The notes beneath the pieces were generated by a model. The model did not search any database, had not been told where the DNA came from, and saw nothing but the letters and a program-made list of their open reading frames with translations. This document shows, one piece after another, positions 1 through 9,080 of a DNA stretch of 64,000 nt. The position numbers were made by a program, and so were the translations under genes. The first letter of the stretch is position 1; each line of letters begins with the position of its first letter. The stretch comes from Sediminibacterium sp. (GTDB lineage: Bacteria > Bacteroidota > Bacteroidia > Chitinophagales > Chitinophagaceae): contig JAJTDP010000004.1 of assembly GCA_021300455.1 (NCBI GenBank), positions 2,438 through 66,437 on the forward strand. The letters run 5' to 3'.

Positions 1-639
1 GCTTTTTTTTGCGCCTTCCTTACAAAAAGAAACTAAACCACAGGTATCGCATTTAGGGCTTCTTGCCAAACAAGTATACCTGCCATGCAGTATTAACCAA
101 TGATGTGCTGTATGCACAAGTGCTGTAGGAATATGTTTTATTAATGCCTTCTCTACTGCCAAGGGTGTGGTGGCCGTCATGGGTACCAAACCCAATCTCC
201 TGCTGACTCTAAATACATGGGTATCTACCGCCATATTGGGCTGCTTGTCCACCACAGAGGTAATTACATTGGCTGTCTTGCGTCCCACACCCGGAAGTGT
301 AATTAACTGCTCCACTGTCAAAGGTACTTCTGCATTAAAATTGTCTACCAATAATTGACTCATGCCAATTAAATGCTTTGCCTTATTATTAGGATAAGAG
401 ATACTTTTAATAAGTGTAAAGATTTGCTCAAAGCTAGCCTTGGACATTTTTTGTGGGGTAGGAAATTCTTTAAAAATAGCAGGCGTGGTTAAGTTGACAC
501 GTTTGTCGGTGCACTGTGCAGATAAAATAACAGCTACTAATAATTGAAAGGGATTATCATACAATAACTCCGTTTCAGCAATAGGCACTTGCTCTTGAAA
601 ATAAGCAAGCACTAATTCATAGCGTTCTTTCTTTGTCAT
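1..639 (-). CDS. nth: Endonuclease III (3' end runs off the window; absent from the ORF track)
   Basis: Manual translation from ATG at 639: MTKKERYELVLAYFQEQVPIAETEL...LLVAVILSAQCTDKRVN...LPGVGRKTANV...MAVDTHVFRV...HHWLILHGRYTCLARSPKCDTC. This shows the HhH motif and the C-terminal 4Fe-4S Cys cluster. The ATG overlaps the upstream stop (TAATG). Confidence 0.96.
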   Translation of the reverse strand, partial: MTKKERYELVLAYFQEQVPIAETELLYDNPFQLLVAVILSAQCTDKRVNLTTPAIFKEFPTPQKMSKASFEQIFTLIKSISYPNNKAKHLIGMSQLLVDNFNAEVPLTVEQLITLPGVGRKTANVITSVVDKQPNMAVDTHVFRVSRRLGLVPMTATTPLAVEKALIKHIPTALVHTAHHWLILHGRYTCLARSPKCDTCGLVSFCKEGAKKS

Positions 640-953
640 TATTTGGTGCTGGTAGGGAGTGTATCTTCAAACAAATACAGTTCCTCTCCTTCTCTACGTA
701 GTAAATATCTTTCACGAGCATATTTTTCAATAGCCGCTTTATTATTTTGAATATTATTCAATTGCTTTTGCGTGTACTCTATTTCTTTTTGATAATATTT
801 TTTAGCGTCTTCTACTTTTTTAAGTTCTGCTGCTCTTTCTCTTTGTTGAAAAAAATCTCTTTGGTCAAAAAACAACATCCATACCACAAATCCAATACTT
901 ACAACAAAGTAACGATTGGCAACATAGGGCATTATTTTTTTGATGAATTGCAT
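639..953 (-). CDS. ftsB: Septum formation initiator, FtsB/DivIC family (likely start ATG 953; ORF track start 989)
   Basis: One TM helix (FVVSIGFVVWMLFFD), a coiled coil, then IEKYARERYLLRREGEELY; lies directly downstream of eno, a conserved linkage. Confidence 0.82.
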   Translation of the reverse strand: MQFIKKIMPYVANRYFVVSIGFVVWMLFFDQRDFFQQRERAAELKKVEDAKKYYQKEIEYTQKQLNNIQNNKAAIEKYARERYLLRREGEELYLFEDTLPTSTK

Positions 954-997
954 ATGAAAGACTTGGCGTAAAATTAAGATAGTTCTCATGATATGAC

Positions 998-1030
998 AAA
1001 AAAAAGAGGAGCCCCTAGGAGCTCCTCTTT
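998..1030 (-). terminator. Intrinsic terminator downstream of eno
   Basis: Stem aaagaggagc/gctcctcttt with an 8-nt loop, followed on the minus strand by a T run. Confidence 0.8.
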
Positions 1031-1051
1031 GTATTGTAAGAGTGGATATCT

Positions 1052-2347
1052 TTATTTATTACCAAATTTCAACTTGCCCTTAGTGGGGAAAATACCTGTT
1101 TCACCCAATTGCTCTTCGATACGAATTAATTGGTTGTATTTGGCCATACGATCGCTACGAGAAGCAGAACCAGTCTTAATTTGACCGCAATTTAAAGCCA
1201 CGGCTAAATCGGCAATAGTGGTATCTTCTGTTTCACCACTTCTATGTGACATAATGGTATTGTAGCCATTGTGTTGTGCTAAACTTACTGCATTGATGGT
1301 TTCAGTTAAAGTACCAATTTGGTTCACTTTTACAAGTAAGCCATTGGCAATTTTCTTATCAATACCTGTTTGAATTCTTGTTACATTGGTTACAAATAAA
1401 TCATCGCCTACTAATTGACATTTGTCACCCAATGTTTCAGTTAAATTTTTCCAACCTGCCCAATCGTCTTCAGCCATACCATCTTCAATAGAAACGATAG
1501 GATATTTTTTCACCCAGCTTTGCCAATACTTTACTAATTGGTCGCTGCTCATTTCTTTACCAGAACTCTTATGGAAAACATATTTTTTCTTCTTCGCATT
1601 CCAAAGCTCACTATTCGCAGCATCCATGGCAATGGCAATTTGAGTGCCAGTTTTATATCCAGCTGCTTGAATTGACTCAAGTACTGTTTCAATCGCTTCT
1701 TCATTGCTTTGAATATTTGGAGCAAATCCGCCTTCGTCACCCACATTGGTGCTATATCCTTTTTTCTTTAAAGTACTTTTTAATTGATGGAAAATTTCTA
1801 CACCCCAACGAAGTCCTTCGCTAAAGCTAGGTGCACCTACTGGCATAATCATAAACTCTTGGAAGTCAATTTTGTTATCGGCATGTGCTCCTCCATTTAA
1901 AATATTCATCATGGGCATCGGAACTGTTCTTGCATTGGTACCACCAATGTATCTGTATAAAGGAAGGTTCGCTTCTTCTGCAGCTGCTTTGGCTACCGCC
2001 ATACTTACCGCAAGTATTGCATTCGCTCCTAATTTACTTTTATTCGCTGTGCCGTCTAAATCAATCATAATTTGATCAATCTCTGCTTGGGCAGTAATGT
2101 CAAAACCAGTAATAGATTTTGCGATTAAATCGTTGACATTTTTTACAGCCTTTAATACACCCTTGCCTAGATATTTTTTCTTGTCGTTATCTCTTAACTC
2201 TGCTGCTTCGTGAATACCTGTACTTGCGCCACTTGGCACTGCCGCACGGCCCAGTGCACCTTCATCCGTTAATACATCTACTTCTACAGTAGGATTTCCA
2301 CGACTGTCTAAAATTTGTCTTGCACGTACTTCAATAATGTAACTCAT
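1052..2347 (-). CDS. eno: Enolase
   Basis: [55 protein letters not shown] motifs. Confidence 0.99.
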   Translation of the reverse strand: MSYIIEVRARQILDSRGNPTVEVDVLTDEGALGRAAVPSGASTGIHEAAELRDNDKKKYLGKGVLKAVKNVNDLIAKSITGFDITAQAEIDQIMIDLDGTANKSKLGANAILAVSMAVAKAAAEEANLPLYRYIGGTNARTVPMPMMNILNGGAHADNKIDFQEFMIMPVGAPSFSEGLRWGVEIFHQLKSTLKKKGYSTNVGDEGGFAPNIQSNEEAIETVLESIQAAGYKTGTQIAIAMDAANSELWNAKKKKYVFHKSSGKEMSSDQLVKYWQSWVKKYPIVSIEDGMAEDDWAGWKNLTETLGDKCQLVGDDLFVTNVTRIQTGIDKKIANGLLVKVNQIGTLTETINAVSLAQHNGYNTIMSHRSGETEDTTIADLAVALNCGQIKTGSASRSDRMAKYNQLIRIEEQLGETGIFPTKGKLKFGNK

Positions 2348-2415
2348 ATAAATTATTTAATTTTTACTATCAATGTTTTGATTCAAAAAGGAGACTGCAA
2401 TTTACACCCTTTTTT

Positions 2416-3120
2416 TTAATGGGTAAGTATTTTGAATATTTCTTCTAAACTGCCGCCATGTTTATCTAATAACTGACGGGTAGGCTCGTCTGCGACTAGT
2501 TTTCCTTGGTGTAATACTAACACTCGATCACAAATGGCCGTAACCTCTTGTAAAATATGTGTTGAAAATAAAATCATGCTGTCCTTACTTAGCGATTGAA
2601 TCAAGGCCCTAATTTCAATTAATTGATTCGGATCTAAACCCGCCGTGGGTTCATCTAATAAAATAAGTGTTGGCTGATGTATAATAGCAGCTGCAATACC
2701 TAATCTTTGTTTATATCCTTTTGACAAGGCTGCAATTTTTTTATTTTGCATTTGTCCTAGCCCTGTTTTTTCTATCACAGATTGAATCGCTTCAGCCGCA
2801 TTTGTGATTGAATGTACAGCTGTTAAAAACTGTAGGTATTCTTTCACATATAAGTCTTGATATAATGCATTTGATTCAGGCAAATAACCAATTTGTTTTT
2901 TTACAGTACTTGCGTTTTGATGGATGCGCTCACCATTTAAAACAATTGAACCCTTGTCGGCTTCTAAAAAACCAGCAAGCATTTTTAAAGTTGTAGATTT
3001 TCCAGCGCCATTGGGCCCTAAAAAACCTACAATTTCTCCAGGTTTTAATTCAAAGGAAGCTTCATTTACCGCCAATTGATGGCCGTAATTTTTACAAAGG
3101 GTATTTACTACTAATGACAT
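2416..3120 (-). CDS. gldA: ABC transporter ATP-binding protein, gliding-motility GldA-like
   Basis: Walker A GPNGAGKST, IGYLPESNALY, signature LSKGYKQRLG, LDEPTAGLDPNQLIEIR and C-terminal SLEEIF, typical of GldA. Confidence 0.75.
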   Translation of the reverse strand: MSLVVNTLCKNYGHQLAVNEASFELKPGEIVGFLGPNGAGKSTTLKMLAGFLEADKGSIVLNGERIHQNASTVKKQIGYLPESNALYQDLYVKEYLQFLTAVHSITNAAEAIQSVIEKTGLGQMQNKKIAALSKGYKQRLGIAAAIIHQPTLILLDEPTAGLDPNQLIEIRALIQSLSKDSMILFSTHILQEVTAICDRVLVLHQGKLVADEPTRQLLDKHGGSLEEIFKILTH

Positions 3121-3154
3121 AGTTCAAAACTACTTATATAAAATGATTTTACCA

Positions 3155-3406
3155 TTAGTCTATTTCAGAAGATGCCGCAGGCAAATGATCGTATTCTCCT
3201 TTACTAGCGTAGCTACCGAATATAAAAAACCCTACACAAATTGGTGTAAAAATTAATAATATAATAACCCACTGCAAAATAACATTCGATTGCAATGTAG
3301 CAGGGGCTTTTGAAATTTTATCGTATGCTTCATACACTAAAAAAAGAATAATACAGGGCGCTATCAGCATCCAAACATATCCTAATAATTTTTTTATCGT
3401 ATTCAT
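3155..3406 (-). CDS. Small two-TM membrane protein (DUF6814-like)
   Basis: 83 aa, two hydrophobic helices, ends GEYDHLP; lies downstream of the MFS gene on the same strand. Confidence 0.7.
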   Translation of the reverse strand: MNTIKKLLGYVWMLIAPCIILFLVYEAYDKISKAPATLQSNVILQWVIILLIFTPICVGFFIFGSYASKGEYDHLPAASSEID

Positions 3407-3441
3407 ATAATTATGTTTATTGTAATGAAAGACAGAATGCC

Positions 3442-5046
3442 TTAGTCCATTACATTTTTATCTATTTTATTCGTTAAATAAAGAAGGCCAATAATAAAAC
3501 ATACAGAAGCCACTCCAATTGGATACCATAAACCTGCTAAAGAATCGCCAGCAGGATTGGAAGAAGTTTTGGTAAACTCTACAATTAAAGTGCCTAAAAA
3601 AGGAACCAAGCCCCCAAAGACGCCATTACCTATATGATAAGGAAGTGACATAGATGTATATCTTATTTTAGTGGGGAACATTTCAACTAAGAAAGCAGCA
3701 ATAGGACCATACACCATCGTCACATAAACAATTTGAATAAAGACCAACCAAATCATATCCCAATAAGCCTCATTTCCCATCGTTTTCTCCACTACTAAAT
3801 GAGCATTAGGCGAACTATACCGAATCATATCAGGATTAATTAAAGTAATTGGCCTTGCTTCATCTCTTGGCGCTTTCAAAATAATGGTATCTGTTCTATA
3901 ATATTTAAAAACAGATCCATCAAAATAAGTAGTATCTGTTTGCTGCTTCAAATATATTTTCGTTTTATCCTTTGCATCATAAATTGGATAACTTGTCATA
4001 GTACTAGTAAGTCTTGTATCTACTATTTTAGTTCTATTCGCAGCAGAAGTAATATTTATAAATTCTTTGTAAATAGGTCTATAAGTAAGCACTGCGGCTA
4101 ACATACCAATTAACATAATCCATTTTCTGCCTACTTTATCACTTAACCAACCAAATAAAACAAAACAGGGGGTAGCCATTAAAATCGCCACCAACATGAT
4201 ATTTCTAGATTGTATAAAATCAATTTTACAGACTGTTTCAATAAAGCTTTGCGCATAAAATTGTCCTGTATACCAAACAACCCCTTGTCCCATTACGGCT
4301 CCAAACAATGCCAATAAAACCATTTTAAAATTGGCCTTCTTCCCAAAACTTTCTTTCAAAGGATTGGTTGAAGTTTTTCCTTCTGATTTTAATTTGGTAA
4401 ACATGGGTGATTCACTCATGCGCATTCTAATTAATACAGAAACGCCTACTAATAAAATGGATATCCAAAAAGGATATCTCCATCCACCCCACTCTGCACT
4501 AAAATTCTCCACCCCTTGATTCGTTCTTATCAATATAATAATACCTAATGCTAAAAATAAACCCAGCGTAGCCGTAGTTTGAATCCAACTTGTCCAAAAA
4601 CCTCTTTGACCTGCAGGCGCATGTTCTGCCACATAGGTAGCTGCTCCACCATATTCACCTCCCAAGGCCAAACCTTGTAATAAACGTAGTATTAATACCA
4701 AGATAGGCGCTGCCCATCCAATAGTAGCGAAACCTGGCACAAGTCCAATGGCAAAAGTGGAACCACCCATTATGATTAATGTCAGTAAAAATGTATGCTT
4801 CCTTCCAATTAAATCCCCTAGTCTTCCAAAGACCAAGGCGCCAAAAGGTCTTACAATAAAGCCTGCTGCAAAGATGGCCAAAGTGCTTAATAGTGCTGCT
4901 GTACCTGCATCTGCAGGAAAGAACTGCTTTGAAATGATGGTAGCTAACATTCCAAAAATGTAAAAATCATACCACTCAATTAAGGTGCCCACCGAAGAAG
5001 CGCCTATGACAAAAGCGATATTATTTTGTTTTATTTCTTGACTCAT
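3442..5046 (-). CDS. MFS transporter, metabolite:H+ symporter (MHS) family, with an extracytoplasmic insert (likely start MSQEIK at 5046)
   Basis: GTLIEWYDFYIF, RPFGALVFGRLGDLIGRK, RLLQGLALGGEYGGA, EMFPTKIRYTSMS motifs. Confidence 0.92.
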   Translation of the reverse strand: MSQEIKQNNIAFVIGASSVGTLIEWYDFYIFGMLATIISKQFFPADAGTAALLSTLAIFAAGFIVRPFGALVFGRLGDLIGRKHTFLLTLIIMGGSTFAIGLVPGFATIGWAAPILVLILRLLQGLALGGEYGGAATYVAEHAPAGQRGFWTSWIQTTATLGLFLALGIIILIRTNQGVENFSAEWGGWRYPFWISILLVGVSVLIRMRMSESPMFTKLKSEGKTSTNPLKESFGKKANFKMVLLALFGAVMGQGVVWYTGQFYAQSFIETVCKIDFIQSRNIMLVAILMATPCFVLFGWLSDKVGRKWIMLIGMLAAVLTYRPIYKEFINITSAANRTKIVDTRLTSTMTSYPIYDAKDKTKIYLKQQTDTTYFDGSVFKYYRTDTIILKAPRDEARPITLINPDMIRYSSPNAHLVVEKTMGNEAYWDMIWLVFIQIVYVTMVYGPIAAFLVEMFPTKIRYTSMSLPYHIGNGVFGGLVPFLGTLIVEFTKTSSNPAGDSLAGLWYPIGVASVCFIIGLLYLTNKIDKNVMD

Positions 5047-5100
5047 ATTTTTATTTGTTGGCCTGTGCGTATTCAAGTTAAATATTTAAACTGAAAAATG

Positions 5101-5108
5101 TAAATTTG
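5101..5108 (+). promoter_or_regulatory. Bacteroidota -7 promoter box (TAAATTTG) for acs
   Basis: Matches TAnnTTTG, 28 nt upstream of ATG 5137 in a divergent intergenic gap. Confidence 0.6.
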
Positions 5109-5136
5109 GTAATCATTATTTATTCAATCTGTGCAC

Positions 5137-7074
5137 ATGAGTTACCCTTATCAAATTAAAACCTTAGAAGCTTACCACGAAGCTTATAAAAATAGTATCG
5201 ACCATCCAGAAAAATTTTGGGGAGACATTGCAGAAAATTTTACTTGGCGTAAAAAATGGGATAAGGTATTGGAATGGAATTTTACGGAACCTAAAGTAGA
5301 ATGGTTCAAGGGTGGAAAATTAAATATTACAGAAAATTGCATCGATAGGCATTTAGCAAAAAGTGGAGATAAGCCTGCCATTATTTGGGAGCCCAATGAT
5401 CCTAAAGAAAATCACCGCATTATTACTTATAAACAATTGCATTTAAATGTTTCTCAGTTTGCGCAAGTGCTTATTAATAATGGTGTGCAAAAAGGAGATC
5501 GTGTTTGTATTTATATGGGTATGATTCCTGAGCTTGCCATTGCCGTATTAGCCTGTGCAAGAATTGGCGCTATACATAGTGTTATATTCGGAGGCTTCTC
5601 TGCGCAAAGCATTGCAGACCGATTAGACGATGCAAAAGCTACTTATATTATTACTTGCGATGGAGCCTACCGAGGCGCCAAAGACATTCCATTAAAATCT
5701 ATTATTGACGATGCACTAGTTGGCAATAACACTATCAAAAATGTAATTGTTTGCACAAGAACTAGAACTGCGGTGTCCATGTTAAAAGGCCGTGATCTTT
5801 GGTGGGAAGATGAAATTAAAAAAGTAGAAGCACAAGGTATCACATCGCTGGATGCAGTAGAGATGGATGCAGAAGATCCTTTATTTATTTTATATACTTC
5901 AGGTTCTACAGGTAAACCCAAGGGCGTGGTGCATAGTACTGCTGGTTATATGGTGTATACCAATTATACTTTTGTAAATGTTTTTCAATATCAACCCAAT
6001 GATTTATTTTTCTGTACCGCCGATATTGGTTGGATTACAGGACATAGTTATATAGTGTATGCGCCTTTAAATGCAGGTGGTACTTCATTAATGTTTGAAG
6101 GCATTCCTACCTTTCCCGATGCTGGAAGGTTTTGGGATATCATTGATAAATTCAAAGTGAATATTTTATATACCGCACCTACTGCCATTAGATCATTGAT
6201 GAGTTTTGGATTAGGTCCAGTAGAAGGACATGATTTAAGTAGTTTAAAAGTATTAGGCACGGTAGGAGAACCTATTAATGAAGAAGCATGGCATTGGTAC
6301 GATGAAAATATTGGTAAGAAAAAATGTCCCATTGTAGATACTTGGTGGCAAACAGAAACAGGTGGAATAATGATATCTAATATGGCGGGTATTACGCCCG
6401 GCAAACCAGGTTGGGCCACTTATCCAATGCCTGGCGTGCAAACTATTTTAGTAGATGATAAAGGAGCAGAAATAAATACCATGGAAGATGGATTGTACCG
6501 TGGAAATTTATGTATCACTCAACCTTGGCCTGCCACCATTCGAACTACTTATGGCGACCACGAAAGATGCAGAACCAATTATTTCGCCACCTATCCTAAT
6601 TTATATTTTACAGGAGATGGTGCTTTAAAAAATGAACTAGGTCAAATTAGAATTACAGGCCGTGTAGATGATGTCTTAAATGTAAGTGGACATAGAATTG
6701 GAACCGCTGAAGTAGAAAATGCTATTAATATGCACACAGGTGTAGTAGAAAGCGCAGTGGTAGGTTATCCGCACGATGTAAAAGGACAAGGTATTTACGC
6801 TTATGTCATTTATACCGGATCACATAGTCAAGATTCACATGGCTCTACAGATATGATTCGAAAAGATATTTTACAAACAGTCACTAGAATTATTGGGCCT
6901 ATTGCCAAACCAGATAAAATACAATTTGTATCGGGACTTCCTAAAACACGTTCTGGAAAAATTATGCGACGAATACTTCGCAAAGTTGCAGAGGGTGAAT
7001 TGAAAAGTTTAGGAGATACTTCAACACTGCTTGATCCGGCTGTTGTGGAAGAGATTGTAAAGGGCGTATTGTAA
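5137..7074 (+). CDS. acs: Acetyl-CoA synthetase (AMP-forming)
   Basis: LYTSGSTGKPKG, VDTWWQTETGG, YFTGDGA, LPKTRSGKIMRRILRK motifs. Confidence 0.98.
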   Translation: MSYPYQIKTLEAYHEAYKNSIDHPEKFWGDIAENFTWRKKWDKVLEWNFTEPKVEWFKGGKLNITENCIDRHLAKSGDKPAIIWEPNDPKENHRIITYKQLHLNVSQFAQVLINNGVQKGDRVCIYMGMIPELAIAVLACARIGAIHSVIFGGFSAQSIADRLDDAKATYIITCDGAYRGAKDIPLKSIIDDALVGNNTIKNVIVCTRTRTAVSMLKGRDLWWEDEIKKVEAQGITSLDAVEMDAEDPLFILYTSGSTGKPKGVVHSTAGYMVYTNYTFVNVFQYQPNDLFFCTADIGWITGHSYIVYAPLNAGGTSLMFEGIPTFPDAGRFWDIIDKFKVNILYTAPTAIRSLMSFGLGPVEGHDLSSLKVLGTVGEPINEEAWHWYDENIGKKKCPIVDTWWQTETGGIMISNMAGITPGKPGWATYPMPGVQTILVDDKGAEINTMEDGLYRGNLCITQPWPATIRTTYGDHERCRTNYFATYPNLYFTGDGALKNELGQIRITGRVDDVLNVSGHRIGTAEVENAINMHTGVVESAVVGYPHDVKGQGIYAYVIYTGSHSQDSHGSTDMIRKDILQTVTRIIGPIAKPDKIQFVSGLPKTRSGKIMRRILRKVAEGELKSLGDTSTLLDPAVVEEIVKGVL

Positions 7075-7091
7075 TTAACTATTGCCTTTAC

Positions 7092-7274
7092 TATTTAATG
7101 GTTTGAAAAAATCTATTGCTCTTCGATGTGAATGACGCTAAAAACATTTTTATTCATCTAAAAATTGCGAACTCGCTTCGCTCAAACACACAATTTTTTA
7201 CGATGTATAAAAATATTTTCTTAACGCTATTCACATAAATTCGCAAGTAGATTATTTTTCAAACGCATTAAATA
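7092..7274. repeat. ~183-bp imperfect palindrome (MITE/REP-like or structured RNA)
   Basis: Left arm tatttaatggtttgaaaaaatctattgc...gatgtgaatgacgctaaaaacatttttattcatctaaaaattg pairs with right arm caattttttacgatgtataaaaatattttcttaacgctattcacat...gcaagtagattatttttcaaacgcattaaata, around loop cgaactcgcttcgctcaaacaca. Confidence 0.8.
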
Positions 7275-7320
7275 ATGACGTTTCATTAATTAATTGAAGT
7301 GCAAATAAAGTAAAATATAA

Positions 7321-7470
7321 ATACAATCCAGAGCTCACTTTTGAGCAAGAAGACGTGGACGAGCGTCTGATGAATCAGGGGCTAAGGATTAATACTCTAT
7401 TTATAAAGTAAATAAATAAAATACAATCCTGAGTGTACTTTTGAGCAGAGCGAGAGGGAACGAAGGATTG
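7321..7470. repeat. Two related short elements exactly 100 bp apart
   Basis: atacaatccagagctcacttttgagca (7321) vs atacaatcctgagtgtacttttgagca (7421). Each copy ends in a complement of its start (aatcc...ggatt; caatcct...aggattg). Confidence 0.65.
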
Positions 7471-7496
7471 CTATTTTATTCTTACTTTATAAATCC

Positions 7497-8999
7497 CTAC
7501 TGGCTCATTAAGTTTTTCAACTTATTCGAAATCAAAAACAAAATGATGGAAGCAATCCCTGCCATGAATACGAAGAACATAAAGAACTCGTGCAAGTTGC
7601 TAATTTGATAACCTACAAAAGAAGTAACTTTTCCATTTTCAGGATACAGGGCGCTAAATACACCTGCTAATTTATTGGCAAAGGCATTGGCTGTAAACCA
7701 TACTGCCATTAATAAAGAGGCAAATTTTATGGGGGCTAATTTATTGAAAATAGCAAGACCTATAGGTGATAAACAAAGTTCACCAAATGTATGCATCATA
7801 TACATTCCTATTAACCAAATCATACTCACTTTAACACCCGTCCCCACTCCATTCACACCAGTGGCTATCCACAAATAACCAAGCGCTAATAGCATTAAAC
7901 CCATGGCCATTTTAAAAGGAGAAGAGGGTTCTCTTTTTGCTCTACCTAATTTAATCCATACCCATGCCACTAAGGGTGCAAGTGTTACTACGAATAAAGA
8001 ATTGAGTGATTGAAAAAAACTTGCAGGCACTACATAAAACCCCAAGTCTCTTTGCGTATTTTCTGAAGCGAAAAAAGTAAGCGAGGCGCCTGCTTGTTCA
8101 AAGGCGCTCCAAAAAAAGATTACAAAAAAAGATACTGTAAATAGCACGGCTACTTTTTTCTTCTCAATAAGATCCAATGATTTATCTGAAAAAATAACAA
8201 AGGAGATTAAAATAATACAAGCTAGTAATAACCAAAATAAATAACTCACTACTTTAATATCAATATATACTAATGCTATTGTGCCTAAAGAAATTAAAAA
8301 TAAAAAGCCCACCATTACAGGAATTTTTTGAAACCATTTTGGTGCATCTTTAGGCGCCTCTCCAATGGACTGCCCTTCCGGATTCACTAAATATTTTTTC
8401 TGAAAAACCATTTGCGTAATAACACTTAATAACATGGCAACTCCTCCTGCAAAAAAAGCCCATTTAAAATCTCCAGAATTACCTGTTTCTCCAAATAGAC
8501 CACAGACCATTGGACCCAATGCGCCACCAGTATTAATACCCATATAAAAAATAGTGTAGGCTGCGTCAATTTTAGAGTCTCCCTTTGCATACAACTGCCC
8601 TACCATACTTGAAATATTGGGCTTGAAAAAACCATTGCCTGCAATCATACATCCCAGACCAATATAAAATAAGGGCATGGCCAGGTCTGCATTTTCATAA
8701 AAATGTCCGCAAAAAAATAGTACAAATTCTCCAATGGCCATTACCAAGCCTCCCGCAATGATAGAGCGGTTATTGCCCCAATACCTATCGGCTATATAGC
8801 CTCCTAAAAGAGGTGTTAAATAAATTAATCCTGTATAACTACCATATACCTGAGAGGCAAAAACTTTGTCAAATAATAAGGCCTTGGTTAAAAACAAAAC
8901 CAAGATAGCACGCATACCATAGTAGTTAAATCGCTCCCACATTTCTGTTGCAAACAAAACATATAATCCCTTGGGGTGTTTCTGAGTGGTAGCTGACAT
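7497..8999 (-). CDS. Proton-dependent oligopeptide transporter (POT/PTR family)
   Basis: FATEMWERFNYYGMR (ExxERFxYY), GNGFFKPNIS, FYMGINTGG, GELCLSPIGL motifs. Confidence 0.96.
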   Translation of the reverse strand: MSATTQKHPKGLYVLFATEMWERFNYYGMRAILVLFLTKALLFDKVFASQVYGSYTGLIYLTPLLGGYIADRYWGNNRSIIAGGLVMAIGEFVLFFCGHFYENADLAMPLFYIGLGCMIAGNGFFKPNISSMVGQLYAKGDSKIDAAYTIFYMGINTGGALGPMVCGLFGETGNSGDFKWAFFAGGVAMLLSVITQMVFQKKYLVNPEGQSIGEAPKDAPKWFQKIPVMVGFLFLISLGTIALVYIDIKVVSYLFWLLLACIILISFVIFSDKSLDLIEKKKVAVLFTVSFFVIFFWSAFEQAGASLTFFASENTQRDLGFYVVPASFFQSLNSLFVVTLAPLVAWVWIKLGRAKREPSSPFKMAMGLMLLALGYLWIATGVNGVGTGVKVSMIWLIGMYMMHTFGELCLSPIGLAIFNKLAPIKFASLLMAVWFTANAFANKLAGVFSALYPENGKVTSFVGYQISNLHEFFMFFVFMAGIASIILFLISNKLKNLMSQ

Positions 9000-9080
9000 A
9001 AGTATTTGTTTTATTTAATTGACCCAAATTAATAAAATCCATTCAATAAATTTTACTTTCGTGGTGCAATCCCTTTAAAT

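Noticed and set aside
167-358. Plus-strand 63-aa ORF
   Set aside because: Antisense shadow of nth, which occupies 1-639 on the minus strand.
2416-3120. Short GldA (234 aa) as a third deletion lesion
   Set aside because: All ABC motifs and the terminal SLEEIF are present and short variants are plausible; a lesion cannot be supported without alignment.
7075-7496. CRISPR array in the acs-POT gap
   Set aside because: Only two divergent repeat units with no constant repeat-spacer pattern and no cas genes.
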